From Eledone cirrhosa (Eukaryota), in contig OZ024742.1 in NCBI GenBank assembly GCA_964016885.1, positions 193,874,001 to 193,938,000 of the forward strand: DNA of 64,000 bases. Reading direction: 5' to 3'. This document shows positions 1 to 13,600 of this stretch, in pieces. Under the pieces are notes generated by a model. It was not told the origin of the DNA and did no database searches. It saw only the letters and a program-made list of their open reading frames with translations. The stretch's first letter is position 1; every line of letters begins with the position of its first letter. The position numbers and the translations under genes are program-made.

Positions 1-318
1 ACACACATACATATACGCACACATGCATTGCACACTGATGGGTACATACATATTTGTACACAAGTATTCCAATACGGCAAGGCCTAATGGATTCCCCTTG
101 CAGTACGTACAATCTGGAAACTCACACACACCTTGGTATTATGCCAATACTATATATCATTTCACACCTTTTACTATTAAGGTTTTTGATGTTCTATTGA
201 GAGAATCGTTTTTACTGAAAATATCGAATAATGTACACCATTTTTACCAGCATCACAAAAATACTGGTCCAACCACACACACGCACACATTCTCTCACAC
301 ACACACACACATATATAT

Positions 319-351
<33 letters not shown>

Positions 352-1386
352 TACACACGCGTACATTAACATACACAGAGACATATAAACACACATACAC
401 ACACTTCTCCGTATAAGACAAGAGCTGAAAAATATCTTTTAACATGTTAAAATATCCCCCACACACGTACAGACACATTCCTACTGACCATCCCTCTACC
501 ACGAATTACTCTGCTACACACACACACACACACACACTTGTCTTAATAGGCATTTGAACTGCCAACAGGCTGCGGTTCGCAAACACATCCCTGCTGGCCA
601 TTATCACAACAACGAACCTCTTTACTACTACTACTACACACACACACATATTTGTCTTGAAAGACTTATTTTTCAGTGACTTCACAATCAGCCGAGACAA
701 ACCTACATTTGGCGCAAAATCAATTTTTAACATTCACATGACCTCTACCGACCAATCAAAATTGTTTTGACCACAATCATTTGTTCATGCATCTGGAGCC
801 ACTTTTTTTTAAATAGAACATGTAGAATTTCCAAAACTAATCAGATTAGAGCAAACATCACGGGCGCTCTATCTCAAAATTATTTTTGAAAAGCATTAGA
901 AATGCGCAACCGGTAAAACTTAAAACCAAAACTGAATACTAACCAATACTATTACTAATTTTTACTTATTCCTAATTAAACTATTTTTCACTGGGAACAA
1001 TTTGTCAGCATTTTCTTTTCCTTATTCCAATATATCATAACTCGTGCGTTACACCTCTATTCTTTTAAATATATATATATATACGTCTCATTTATATTTA
1101 TACTCGGATTCTTTTCCTAGAGTGCTTAAACTATCTGTGAGTAATCCCGGTTTTTTTCATAAAAACTGTGATAATTATTGCTATTTTGCTGAACTCCTTG
1201 TAGAGTTTTTTTCAGAATGTATTTGACTGCTATTTCTTGTAAATAAACATTCACTTCCATCCTGACGTCACTAGCCCCGTTTTTTCCTCATGTGCTTTTT
1301 CATAAATACACATGAAGGCGAACTAGCCAGTTTTAGAATTCCCTTTTTCGGACTATATTACTGTGAGAGCCCTGGTTTTCTGTTGA

Positions 1387-1468
1387 GCTCTGCTGATGAA
1401 TGATATTCCAACCGTGACCATCTCCACTGAAAGTTTTCATGAAATAGTCTTTTAAGACTATACAGAGC
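1387..1468 (+). ncRNA. Type I hammerhead ribozyme, monomer 1
   Basis: Stem I GCTCTG/CAGAGC; CTGATGA; stem II base ATGA/TCAT; GAAA; stem III ATAGTC/GACTAT; AUA triplet with cleavage after 1462. Confidence 0.9.
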
Positions 1469-2015
1469 ATTTGATGTTATTCCAAATTGAAGGATAAGTG
1501 TTTCAAACTTTGTTTTATCATGAGTTAAAGGTCTATAGATTTTTCCATGGATTTTACTAAATTCTGTGGATGAATTTGTATCCTGATTCTCTTTTGAGAT
1601 TAGTTTGAGTTATTTTTCCTAAATCTTTCGTTAACTACTTTTCCCATCTTGACGTTATAGTCGCATATATGTTATAGAATGCCGTTACCTTCTTGCTAAA
1701 ACAATCTCTATACGTCTCATTTATATTTATACTCGGATTCTTTTCCTAGAGTGCTTAAACTATCTGTGACTAATTCCGGTTTTTTTCATAAAAACTGTGA
1801 TAATTATTGCTATTTTGCTGAACTCCTTGTAGAGTTTTTTTCAGAATGTATTTGACTGCTATTTCTTGTAAATAAACATTCACTTCCATCCTGACGTCAC
1901 TAGCCCCGTTTTTTCCTCATGTGCTTTTTCATAAATACACATGAAGGCGAACTAGCCAGTTTTAGAATTCCCTTTTTCGGACTATATTACTGTGAGAGCC
2001 CTGGTTTTCTGTTGA

Positions 2016-2097
2016 GCTCTGCTGATGAATGATATTCCAACCGTGACCATCTCCACTGAAAGTTTTCATGAAATAGTCTTTTAAGACTATACAGAGC
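2016..2097 (+). ncRNA. Type I hammerhead ribozyme, monomer 2
   Basis: Same motif 629 bp downstream of monomer 1. Confidence 0.9.
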
Positions 2098-2644
2098 ATT
2101 TGATGTTATTCCAAATTGAAGGATAAGTGTTTCAAACTTTGTTTTATCATGAGTTAAAGGTCTATAGATTTTTCCATGGATTTTACTAAATTCTGTGGAT
2201 GAATTTGTATCCTGATTCTCTTTTGAGATGAGTTTGAGTTATTTTTCCTAAATCTTTCGTTAACTACTTTTCCCATCTTGACGTTATAGTCGCATATATG
2301 TTATAGAATGCCGTTAGCTTCTTGCTAAAACAATCTCTATACGTCTCATTTATATTTATACTCGGATTCTTTTCCTAGAGTGCTTAAACTATCTGTGACT
2401 AATCCCGGGTTTTTTCATAAAAACTGTGATAATTATTGCTATTTTGCTGAACTCCTTGTAGAGTTTTTTTCAGAATGTATTTGACTGCTATTTCTTGTAA
2501 ATAAACATTCACTTCCATCCTGACGTCACTAGCCCCGTTTTTTCCTCATGTGCTTTTTCATAAATACACATGAAGGCGAACTAGCCAGTTTTAGAATTCC
2601 CTTTTTCGGACTATATTACTGTGAGAGCCCTGGTTTTCTGTTGA

Positions 2645-2726
2645 GCTCTGCTGATGAATGATATTCCAACCGTGACCATCTCCACTGAAAGTTTTCATGA
2701 AATAGTCTTTTAAGACTATACAGAGC
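2645..2726 (+). ncRNA. Type I hammerhead ribozyme, monomer 3
   Basis: Same motif 1258 bp downstream of monomer 1. Confidence 0.9.
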
Positions 2727-3361
2727 ATTTGATGTTATTCCAAATTGAAGGATAAGTGTTTCAAACTTTGTTTTATCATGAGTTAAAGGTCTATAGATTT
2801 TTCCATGGATTTTACTAAATTCTGTGGATGAATTTGTATCCTGATTCTCTTTTGAGATGAGTTTGAGTTATTTTTCCTAAATCTTTCGTTAACTACTTTT
2901 CCCATCTTGACGTTATAGTCGCATATATGTTATAGAATGCCGTTAGCTTCTTGCTAAAACAATCTCTATACGTCTCATTTATATATATATATATATACAT
3001 ATGAGCACATATAGAGTTATAATGTGTATATAAATAAACACATTTTTCATATTTAGACATGCAAACATTGTGTGTGGCAGTAAATAGTATAAAAGGGAAC
3101 GGCGCATTAATATGGAGAGATATATCATTTGGAATAATAGGCAGAGCGTTTTACCTTTTCAGAAACTAGTCTTTCATCGGCAAACAGATTAAGAAATAAA
3201 GCTGAAATATAAAGATAAAGAGTAAGAAGAGGAAGGGACAGAAAAAAGTGAGTCACAAATAAAACATACATCTTCAGTCAGCTACATATAACGTAAATTA
3301 TAGTGGGACATGTAATAAGATATAAGAACTTGTGAAACCTCTTACAACGTGGATAGAAAAC

Positions 3362-3470
<109 letters not shown>

Positions 3471-3671
3471 ATATTGTGGAAATTAGTGTAAAAAAAAACG
3501 GTTTTCTACACAGTATATTTCATCATATTTAAAGATAAATACCTTCTTTACCAATGAAAAAGCAAATTCTTATGCGTCCTCCTGCAGCGGACCCTTCAAA
3601 TGTTATGTATGTTGATTGCGATTAAGGGGAGCAGAATACGTTTTAAATGTTAGTGACAGTAAACAGGCAGA

Positions 3672-4040
3672 TGTGTAGATATGAAAATACATTCTTGACA
3701 GGTGCAATGTGTCCGAACACGGAAGAGGCGAACTACCACCGCCATCGCCTCCATCTCTCTGTATAGTGAAACAAATGGGGTCCCACGTACTGGCTGCTCC
3801 ACAGACCCGGTAGACAGGATGTAAGAGAGATGCGCTGGAAGAGCCATTCCATCTCGCGAGGCTCACACCTGCGGCTGGCCAGCTCAGCGCCTATTGTGAT
3901 AAGAAGGGAAGTCGCCCTAGAGCCAAGCACACAGAATTATCCACTGACAAGGGCACGATCGCAAACCTGTCGGAGAGCGACCATTGCTTGGAGAGTTTGG
4001 CTACCTCAACCCAAAGTGCAGAAGAACCTGGGTTATAAAA
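3672..4040 (-). mobile_element. 3' fragment of a CRE-like (R2-group, REL endonuclease) non-LTR retrotransposon
   Basis: Minus strand gives EVAKLSKQWSLSDRFAIVPLSVD...LGSRATSLLITIGAELASRRCEPREMEWLFQRISL, matching the REL C-terminal pattern PxAVETxG...EPRE..WLFQRIS. The 3' UTR is shared with 11930-12085. Confidence 0.7.
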
Positions 4041-4044
4041 GTCC

Positions 4045-4750
4045 CACTGCTTCATATAGCTCAATTATAATGTGCAATTATGCTTTCTGCGTGATTATAA
4101 TTAAGGCTTCTTCAATTCCTATATCTGCCACACTTCTCTCGGGCATTTATGAAGGTAATTTTTGACAGACGAATCTCTCGTGGTTATATACTACCTCATA
4201 TAAAAAACTTCCGGACCGTACTTCCAATGTATATGGAACCACATCATCTGAGAGTGACACTTTTGACGATAAGAGCTGTCATGGATACTTCCACATTGTT
4301 GCTGTTATAGTTAGGAAGTGTGCATATAATCATAGTCAGCACGAGAGGAAAGGTCTTGTATATTCAGACCCTCCATATGGATAGCTTGTCGGTTTGCAGT
4401 GGTGGCTTGTTTGTTGAAATGCGGCAGATTTACAGATTTACTTCATATAGGGGATCTGTAGAGGTGCTCGTTCTCCTTGTTCTTATAGGCGGTGTCGTGG
4501 CACCTTCATCTTTCGAAAGCAAACTTGCGTAGCTCTGTTCTCTGATAACTCTTTGGAATTCTTCGGTGCTGGTGAGTTTTAAGGTACTGTCGCTGCATCC
4601 TTTGTGTATCCAGGATATCTCATTCCATACATGAGGTCTACAGGGTCGACATGCAGACGATGGGATCTACATAGAGTAGAGTGGAGTTTATGATTGCTCA
4701 ACATATTCGCATTCCCCACACACAACGTATAAAGGTCCGTTAAAGGAAGT
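4045..4750 (-). mobile_element. Old, decayed Penelope-like element fragment (GIY-YIG end)
   Basis: Minus strand gives CGSIYIGSTVRK near 4210-4245 and EEALII near 4095-4115, with many stops and frameshifts. Confidence 0.55.
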
Positions 4751-7019
4751 GGCGTCATCCTCCCTTTTTACTCATTTGAAAACAATACCTTTTTTTATTA
4801 TTTGTCATCATTTATTCCATTTCAACTTTTATATATATATAGATGTGTGTGTGTGTGTGTACGCGCGCGTGTGTGTGTGTGTGTGTGTGTATGTGTGTGT
4901 GTGTGTGTGTGTGTTAAAATAATAGCTTAAAGTTTAAGCAAAGAATCGCTGCTTTAACCCTTAACGGGATCTTCTGAAATAAATATTTGTTCTATGGTTC
5001 TTATATATTTGATATATATTTATCCTTATCGAGCCCTCTTTGGATTTTTGTCTTCCCATTTATTATTATTACTATATATACATATTTCTATCCACATTGC
5101 ACCAGTTTTCTGAAGTTCTTTATTTGTATTAATATTATTTTTATTATTATTATTAGGCTGCATATATAATTCTTTTTACATATGACAATTCCTTCGATAT
5201 AGATAAGCTCTATGTGCGTTTGAAATCATACCAGAGATTTGAAAGAGCGGACAGCCAGCATTGTACATGAAACCCCTGCTGCTGGGAGCATGACAAATTA
5301 CCAGAAGTTATCGTTGATGCAATGAAACTATGCTAATGTTTATTAGTTAAAACATATTGTTATTTTCATTTACATTTTCACCTATACAGAAATGAATTAA
5401 TTTGCATATTAACATAACAATCTACATTTCCAATTATATTTACATTCGAAATAAAGATCTCTAGGATATAGTTGTTCCTATTTAATATGCATACATATCT
5501 AGGGAGTTAATTATTGTACTGATAATTATTCCCATTACTACAACTGTTCCATGATGAAATATCTAATTACTTTTAGCAACTGAAATACGTGTATTACCAA
5601 AATAAATAAAATGTCAAAGTATTTTTGTTATTGGATCAACAATCAACGCGAACGCGTTAAAGTTTATTGTTATATGTTATTACTACCATGAATGTGTCAG
5701 AACACCAAATAAGTCCACATCAATTTAGTGGCGAAAACCGATATTAATTTTGTTTTCACCGAAAAAAACTGAAAGAGGAAACTAAGCAATATGTAATATT
5801 ATATTAGAATATATTTGGTTCATGTGAAACAAAGTAATTTCTGTAGATAACAATTTTATGTAAACGTATCTATCACTTTTCTGTGTGTATTGGGTCATAT
5901 GGTTAAATAAGGTCATAGACATATGACACCTAATGTATTAAGGAACGGAAACCTAGGAAAAAAATAGCAAAATTGCCCAGAATAATTACATTTTGAAGAC
6001 TCTCTGATAATCAAAATATTCTCCATAAAAATAGTGGTATATCTCATATAACAGCACTATGACTGACTTTAATATCCTGTACTAGTCTTGATCAAGCTCA
6101 ACTAGTTCAGAGTAGCCAGAACTCAAGGAGAGGTTTACATGTAGGTATGACTCTTCTGGGTGCTAATCCCGTCAAGTAACCAAAGAAGGACTTTGAGAGA
6201 AGAAAGAAATGTTAGCTTGCCTATCCCTCTCAAAGGCAAAGAAAATGGCGGTAAGTAAAAAGTTACCATTTGGTTTAGGCCAACTGGAATTACATTGATC
6301 GACAGAGCCTCGTATTTGACAAATCAATTAAACAGTAGTGCAAATCAATTAAACAGTAGTGCAGCACCAGTACATTTCTGGTGCTCTAACAATGTACAAT
6401 GAAAGATATAAAGAAATTTGTTCATTTTTTACAGAACCTAAATTAGCTGTATATAACCCAGACAGGATTATAGTAATTGCTCACATTGCGCTAAAGATGA
6501 TGGCATATTTATTGAAAACGTAGCTATTTAAAGGCACACTTTTATTTAATAGTACTTTATGCTTTCCACTATGGACGGATGAAAAGCAAATCTAACACAA
6601 TCATCGGTGGGGGTTGAATATATTACGTCATCACCAAGTACATATTCTGTAAATAATTCTGTACGATGTTCTAACGATTCTACCCTCTACGGTCAAATAT
6701 TTTGTTTTTCGTGTAAGGAAAATTATGGAAATGTTTCTGTAAGTATGCAAGATTATGTTGTGTGATGATCATAGGTTATGCATGGTATCTATCATATTAC
6801 TACAGTGAATCCGTTACATACAATCAGTATTTGCAAACACATACCAGCCTCATATCGATATACATTTTAATTTACTCCCCTCTTCCAAGAATATATTAGT
6901 TGTTGTATCTCTTGTATTACTCTTTAGAAAATCTCATTTTAATTACTTTAGTTTAGTTCTATTTTTCGTTGCTTTAGATCTCTCAAAAATCCCATTATCT
7001 CATGTTTTCTTTTTCATAG

Positions 7020-7091
7020 ATATTTATGAAGGGAATTTCACTATTAGATATAGTAGATCGAGCGACAACACGGAAGTCCTCTCGTATCATT
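7020..7091 (+). other. Candidate 72-nt exon (unverified)
   Basis: Strong acceptor TTTTCTTTTTCATAG and donor GTAAGT; open in phase 1 (IYEGNFTIRYSRSSDNTEVLSYH). No homology recognised and no partner exons found. Confidence 0.25.
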
Positions 7092-7844
7092 GTAAGTTAG
7101 TTTACATTGATATTTCTTGGAACCAGACACATAAATATTTGTTTAATTGTTATTTGTTTTATTGGCAAGAAACATTTATTTCCATATGTATATTATAATC
7201 AATATAGATGTTTAGAAAGATCAATAATTAAGAACACACTGATTGATATGATATTGCTGTTTCATGATCCGGTTATTTTAGTGCAAAATACTTTTTGCAA
7301 AACTTTGGGATATTGACCTAAGTAACAGTTAATGGTAAAGATACGGTTTTGTATATAGACCTTGGTAACGGTTTCAAGCATTCCAGTTGTTGCTTGCTTG
7401 AGAAAGTAACGTGCATTCTACAGATGCATATAAGTATGTATGTACATATGTGGGTATGTGTGTATATATATATATGTGAGTATGTGTGATTATGTGCGAA
7501 TATATGTATACATATACGCGTGTGTGTGCATATAGATGTATATATATGCGCATATTTGCGTATATATGTGTATATATATATGCGAGTATGTGCGTATATA
7601 TGTATATATAAATATGCAAGTATGCGTATGTGCAATTATGTGTATGTCCGCATATATAGGTGTGTGCGGGTAACCTGCGTGTTGGGGGTTGAACCTCCAG
7701 CAAAGAGTGTTCCAGTTGTTTGACTAACGTAATTGCCTATTTATAAAATCATGTGAAAGTGGTTGCCCGTCTCAAATGCCAGATTCAGAATGCCAGTATT
7801 TGCAAAGCTTGGACAATTCAGAATAAAAAAAAGGAATAATTTGG

Positions 7845-7958
7845 AGCAACGTGAAATTAAGTATCGTGTTTGAGGACAAGATGCATCTCACGCCCGGTTA
7901 ATCGAACCGAAAACTTTACGATCTTAAACCAAACACCTCAACTAATAGACTACCCGCT
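7845..7958 (-). mobile_element. Decayed tRNA-derived CORE-type SINE
   Basis: Reverse-complement similarity to 20199-20315 (B-box GGTTCGATT, TGTCCT...TTTCACGTTGCT). Confidence 0.55.
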
Positions 7959-9416
7959 GTACCCTCCATTTATATATTGTAATCAATCGTGCTGCGTTTC
8001 AGAACAAACCTTTTTTTTTGCCAATAATTAAAGACACGCTCTGTTTGTCATTTTAACCTCATTGTTCTTTCATTATTCGGTTGTTTTTAATCCAAGAATT
8101 TCGTCCAAAAATAAGAACTCTGACGTTGATTATCGATAATGAATAGATAAAATAAGAAAGTCGTGATTAACAACAATATCTGTTTAATTATTGAGACTAG
8201 TTGACTTTTCTAAAATATTACGTATTCTCTACCACAACTTAAAGACGTATTGAGAATCAATAATCTTTAAGGACTTTCGTCAAATAATTTGTTGTTTAAA
8301 ACATTTTGAAATCTACCCAAAAAGAAGAAACAACAAAGATATTAAAAATCCGAAGTCACACGAATCATGAAACATCGATTATTCCCAATACGAATGTCTT
8401 TGCCAGGAATGAAGATTTAATAATATGAAAAAAAAAAAATCAAAACATATTCTCTGATGAAATGAAACTTGCGATGCTTGAAACTTAAGTTCTCAGAATG
8501 TCTGCAATCAATACATTCAAAAAGTTCAACGTTTAAATATTTTTTCTATTTGTTAATACTATCAAAATTTCTATTCCGTAATTCTAGTTATTTTTTTTAT
8601 GTTTGGATTTTTCATTTCAAAATTGAAATGTCAACTGAACGAATTGAAATTAAAAATAGTTAAAGAATCTGCTAATGATAAATGGACAACATGCCACACC
8701 ACGCCAAACTACATCTTGTTTCGCCAGTCCACACTAAATCACACCACATCATATCACATCACACCGTGTTGCACTAAGCCATATCATGAACACCATCCTA
8801 CTCCACACTACGCCAGACTACATCAGGCAACAACATATTGAATTGGCAGAGTCATTAGAAGAATAGAATAAATATTCATTCATATATTCCGGCAGCTTGC
8901 ACTCTATTCTGAAATAACCTCGGACATAAATTTGCAGTTAACCCTATCAGAGTCTATATATAACTGATGATCTAGAGTTCTACCAAATTACGAGAAAATT
9001 CTTAGAATTCTGCTGATTCTCGGGCTTCACGATAGGGACTGACAAGGGGATAAAAAAACAAATCACAAAATGCCTCTACATTCCAAACGCTAAGTTTAAA
9101 TAAATTTTCAATTATTTATAGATTATCCAAGTCCAGTCATTCAGCAAATCAAAACATCGATCGAAAGAAACAATCATAACAACATAATCCACATCATATT
9201 ACACGCCACTACAACTCTACAACTCAACATCATTACATACTACACCAACTATAAATAAATGTTCAGTTTTCTCTTTCCTAAACAACCCTACACATCTGTG
9301 ATATAGTGATACATAAGTGAAAAATTAGGAACTTTAGAATTAAGTAAAGTAAACCATATATATATATATATATATGCGTACGTGTCTTTATGTACACACA
9401 CACACACACACACACA

Positions 9417-9478
<62 letters not shown>

Positions 9479-9517
9479 CGTGTATGTATGTACACACACA
9501 CACACACTCACACATAT

Positions 9518-9615
<98 letters not shown>

Positions 9616-10013
9616 ACAGATTGAGATACAATGATAGACAGGTAAACAGACAGATAGATACACAGACAGACATAAATTACGGAAGTCACCGAATGTATTT
9701 TAGTAACCCTCGGGCATATCTCACACTCCAATGAAATAACAAGTGTGCAGTTGGTAGGCTGGGTATTGCATTGCAACAGACACACACACAAATATATATA
9801 TGTGTGCGTGTAAGCGCGTGAGTGTGTAAATATATATATATACGGGATAACAGGTTATCGTGATAGGTAGTCCACTTACATGTAGTCCAGTTAGAGTACT
9901 CCGTGTAGTGGATGGTATTAACGTGTCGCTTAGTTTGACTCAACAAGACGTTTCCATAGTGATGCTGCGAGTTCGCGGTGATTTCTATGTAGTTTATACT
10001 TAGAGTAATAATA

Positions 10014-11622
10014 ATAATTCAAGAGAGAAGAGTGACATGGTTGGCTATACAATAAGGGCTTTATTCACATTGCTGACAATTGTTTCTTTGATCTGGTAGG
10101 TCTAGAGTTCGCTACTCGCTTGATGGTGCGTCAATCGACTCCAATACTTTGTATATAACCAGTCGTTTTCATCAGAGCGTGCGAAAGTGAGGAAGATACT
10201 CAAGGGATGGCTTTTATCGAGGAGTGGTATTAAACCAGAACAATAATATCAATAATAAAATAAATAGATACTGAATAGTTAAAATATTAACATCAATATA
10301 AGTAAGAAATAGAGTATAATGATGAATCTAGCATATTGAACGAACTGATATGATACAGATGTATGAAATTGACATGTGAAAACTGCTATAGGGTACATTA
10401 GATATAGTGTTAAGGTGGTGAATAGATAACTGATAAAATGTACTTGGAGTCAGGATTCAGGAGGTGTATGCGTGTGCTGTAGGTCTGACAGCACACTGGC
10501 AATAAACCGGAGATTTATTTATTGTTTGACAGATAAGTATTTTCGTTGTATTAATTTAGTGAAAATGATAGGGTGGGTGTATAGAGATATATAGTGTTAA
10601 GCGAAGTTGTAGATTCGGTATTTAAGTGGCCTATTCTAAAAGTTGGGATTGTTAGTTCGAATCATGGGGGTTAGTTTTCACAATATCAATAACAAGTAGT
10701 GTATCAATATGACAATAATAACAACAATAATAGAGACAATGAAAGTAATAAAAAAATAAAAATATTCATGGTAAATAGAGAGAACATGATGAATAAAATT
10801 AGGGATACCTTGAGATGATCATAATAATAATAAGAGGAGTGTAGGAGTAATACGATAATGTACTTAGAATTAAGTTCATCTGTTAGAGATCATGAGTGCT
10901 AATGTGAGATACGTAGATATAATTGTTTGGTCCGAAGGAGTAAACAACAGCAAAGAGGGGATTGATTTATGGGCTGACAAGATAGTTGTAGACATTACTG
11001 CCCCATCATAGTGGTATAGATTTAGGGAGGCTAGAAGGTGTTTATAGAAGATTATGGTTCTGAAGTGGGCTGTGTGAGAATGTGGATTTCATATGTCAAA
11101 TGCTAAGTGATTTTCCTTAATATAGGGGACACTAGTTCGAATCACGGTGGTTTAAATCTCGCGAATTTTGTAGCAATCCTATGTCTGCAGAAGTTTGACC
11201 TTTCTATTTTGCTGTTGAGTAGCATTTTATCGTTTCTTAAGATATGTAGCAATTCAAGGTTGCAGAACCCGCAATGGGACATACCGCTGCTATAGGCCTT
11301 TGCGGCCGCTAATTTCGACCAGCTAATACTGTAATCAAGGTTTTTGTCCTTAAGTTGCCAGATTTTATTGGCGAGGGTTGTAGAATTTACCAGTGCACGG
11401 TTCTTCATTGAATGTCTGTGCACATACCATCTTTTTTTAAAGTTTTAAAGACAGCCGCGGTGGATCCAATGTAGTGCCATATGGAGTTGCTCGAGATTAC
11501 AATACACATGTACACCCGGCTAGAATCAAGGCACCTATTCGCTAATGGGCACTTATCTGGTAGGTGACAATTGCAGTTTGAATAAAACCTTTATTGTATA
11601 GCCAACCATGGCTCTCTTCTTG

Positions 11623-11628
<6 letters not shown>
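10014..11628 (-). mobile_element. 5'-truncated Naiad-type Penelope-like element with short inverted end
   Basis: GIY-YIG remnant at 11142-11580 (CNC...CPL..RCL...YIGST...TTLANKIWQLK...CGFC...LLN...CRH) followed by a long 3' UTR. 11581-11628 is an inverted copy of 10014-10065. Confidence 0.85.
10072..10178 (-). ncRNA. Hammerhead motif with long stem II (partly decayed)
   Basis: GCT-CTGATGA...GAAAC-AATT-GTC-AGC with palindromic stem III ACAATTGT; the base of stem II pairs imperfectly. Confidence 0.55.
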
Positions 11629-11665
<37 letters not shown>

Positions 11666-11839
11666 TATAAACTCGTACATGATTTACTAAAATATACAAT
11701 AAAGAAAGTGTATTTCTATAATTATATTTGACTAGATATTTTTACACGAAGCTATGTCACGGATTTTGACCCCACCAAAATTCCACCAAATTCCTTGAAT
11801 TCATCCGCACAGAAAATGTGAACATAATGTTGAAATCGG

Positions 11840-12090
11840 CAGTGTATGAACTCAGCCCTTGGCAGTGGAGACTTCTGGTGTCTTTGGCCCTAGGGCTACC
11901 CTCCTCCGGGGAACCGCCTTCTCCATTCCGTCCGCCGGGGCTGTGGGGCAGCCAGAAGGTGGGACCCAATTTGCTCACTATACAGAAACATGGGGAGTGC
12001 GAGAGAAATGCGGGCAATGACGGTGGGAGTTCGGCTTTTCGATGTACGGACACATTGTACCTGTGAAGAGTGTATTTTCATACTTGTGAC
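11840..12090 (+). mobile_element. Second CRE-like REL retrotransposon 3' fragment
   Basis: Encodes PLAVETSGVFGPRAT. Downstream GGGACCC-ATTTG-TCACTATACAGA...GGACACATTG-ACCTGT-AAGA-TGTATTTTCATA is shared with the 3672-4040 copy. Confidence 0.65.
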
Positions 12091-13123
12091 GAACATTGTG
12101 AATTCCTATGTATGCATATGTAAACAAGCCGTGCCCAGCCGTAAGTACATGCAAGCTTTGCATCGGTTATCGTGCCGAGCACTCACTTTCACACCCAACC
12201 GAATTAGGTGGAACCAATGCCGCTAAGGGATCGCACAGGAGGGAGTTAGGCTAGCAACGTGATGCACACAACCTATTTGAGCCATTTTGTAGGTCAGCAG
12301 GCGGTCATCTCACTGCCCAGCTCATGCATATTGACCCTCTGTGATTAATGCTCTATATACAATTGTGCTAATGAAGAAGACTGGAATTTAAAAAAATAAT
12401 CTTGTGTTCACAAAGTTCTGTATTATTTGTTGCTCTTATTTGATAGTTAAAAAAGAAGCAAAAACCTTCCGATAGCCATATTGAATAAGGAAAATATCAT
12501 TTCCATTCGTCTTTTTTTGTTGTTATAATCTGTTGGACGTAAACACTGACAGAAGCACCATCATATTTTGTTCACAGCAGAAAGGATATGAACACAGAGC
12601 AAGAAACACCCTATCCAATTCTTAACATCCACCGAACCAAAAACATTTGAACACAGAATCCAAAGCCGGATCATATTTTGGTTTGTCGATTGTTAGGCAA
12701 TTAATCTTGATTTGCGCACATAAAGAATATTTATGATTTGCGCTTAAATTCATTTTGCTGTGGTAGATGGATGTATGTATTTCTGTGAAGTATACGTTTA
12801 ATACGAGAATTGTGTCTCTCGTGGAATTAATGTTAATGAAACAGAATTAACTGACATCTTAACAAAAGCCAGGGATTTCCTAGAACTTTTCTAATAGACT
12901 AATGTTGCATGTCGGCCATGAGAATCATCCTACATATACAAACAGGAAAATATAAGCATAGGAAATAAAGTCAGCCACGAGCACACAGAAAAAAAATATA
13001 TACATGTGTAAAGATAGCGTGATGAGACGCGTGCTGAGAGAGAGTGAGGGATTTAGGGAGTGAGAGAGAGCGGGAGAGTGAGAGCGGGGGAAGCAGCGAT
13101 TCTTTGCTTAAATTTATTGTTAT

Positions 13124-13600
<477 letters not shown>

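Larger units (their letters stand above)
1081..2985 (+). mobile_element. Head-to-tail array of three 629-bp monomers (plus a short terminal redundancy) between (TA)n tracts; retrozyme-like, one HHR per monomer
   Basis: ATACGTCTCA recurs at 1081, 1710, 2339 and 2968 (period 629). Units differ by only a few substitutions, and each contains a complete HHR. Confidence 0.9.

Noticed and set aside
23-388. 121-aa ORF at the window start
   Set aside because: No recognisable motif, and it runs into (CA)n repeats.
1081-2985. Protein coding (including rolling-circle ORF) in the 629-bp unit
   Set aside because: Only a 60-aa ORF without recognisable motifs, and stops in the frames I read.
3140-3185. Hammerhead-like motifs at about 3140-3185 (minus), 24538, 33371 and 55827
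   Set aside because: Several core positions or stems are missing; too decayed to call.
3600-3870. Paralogous small Cys-rich peptide genes (VRTHCTCxECIFI at 3650 and 11990)
   Set aside because: The similarity is at DNA level in several frames, with indels, and lies in the 3' UTR of a REL retrotransposon.
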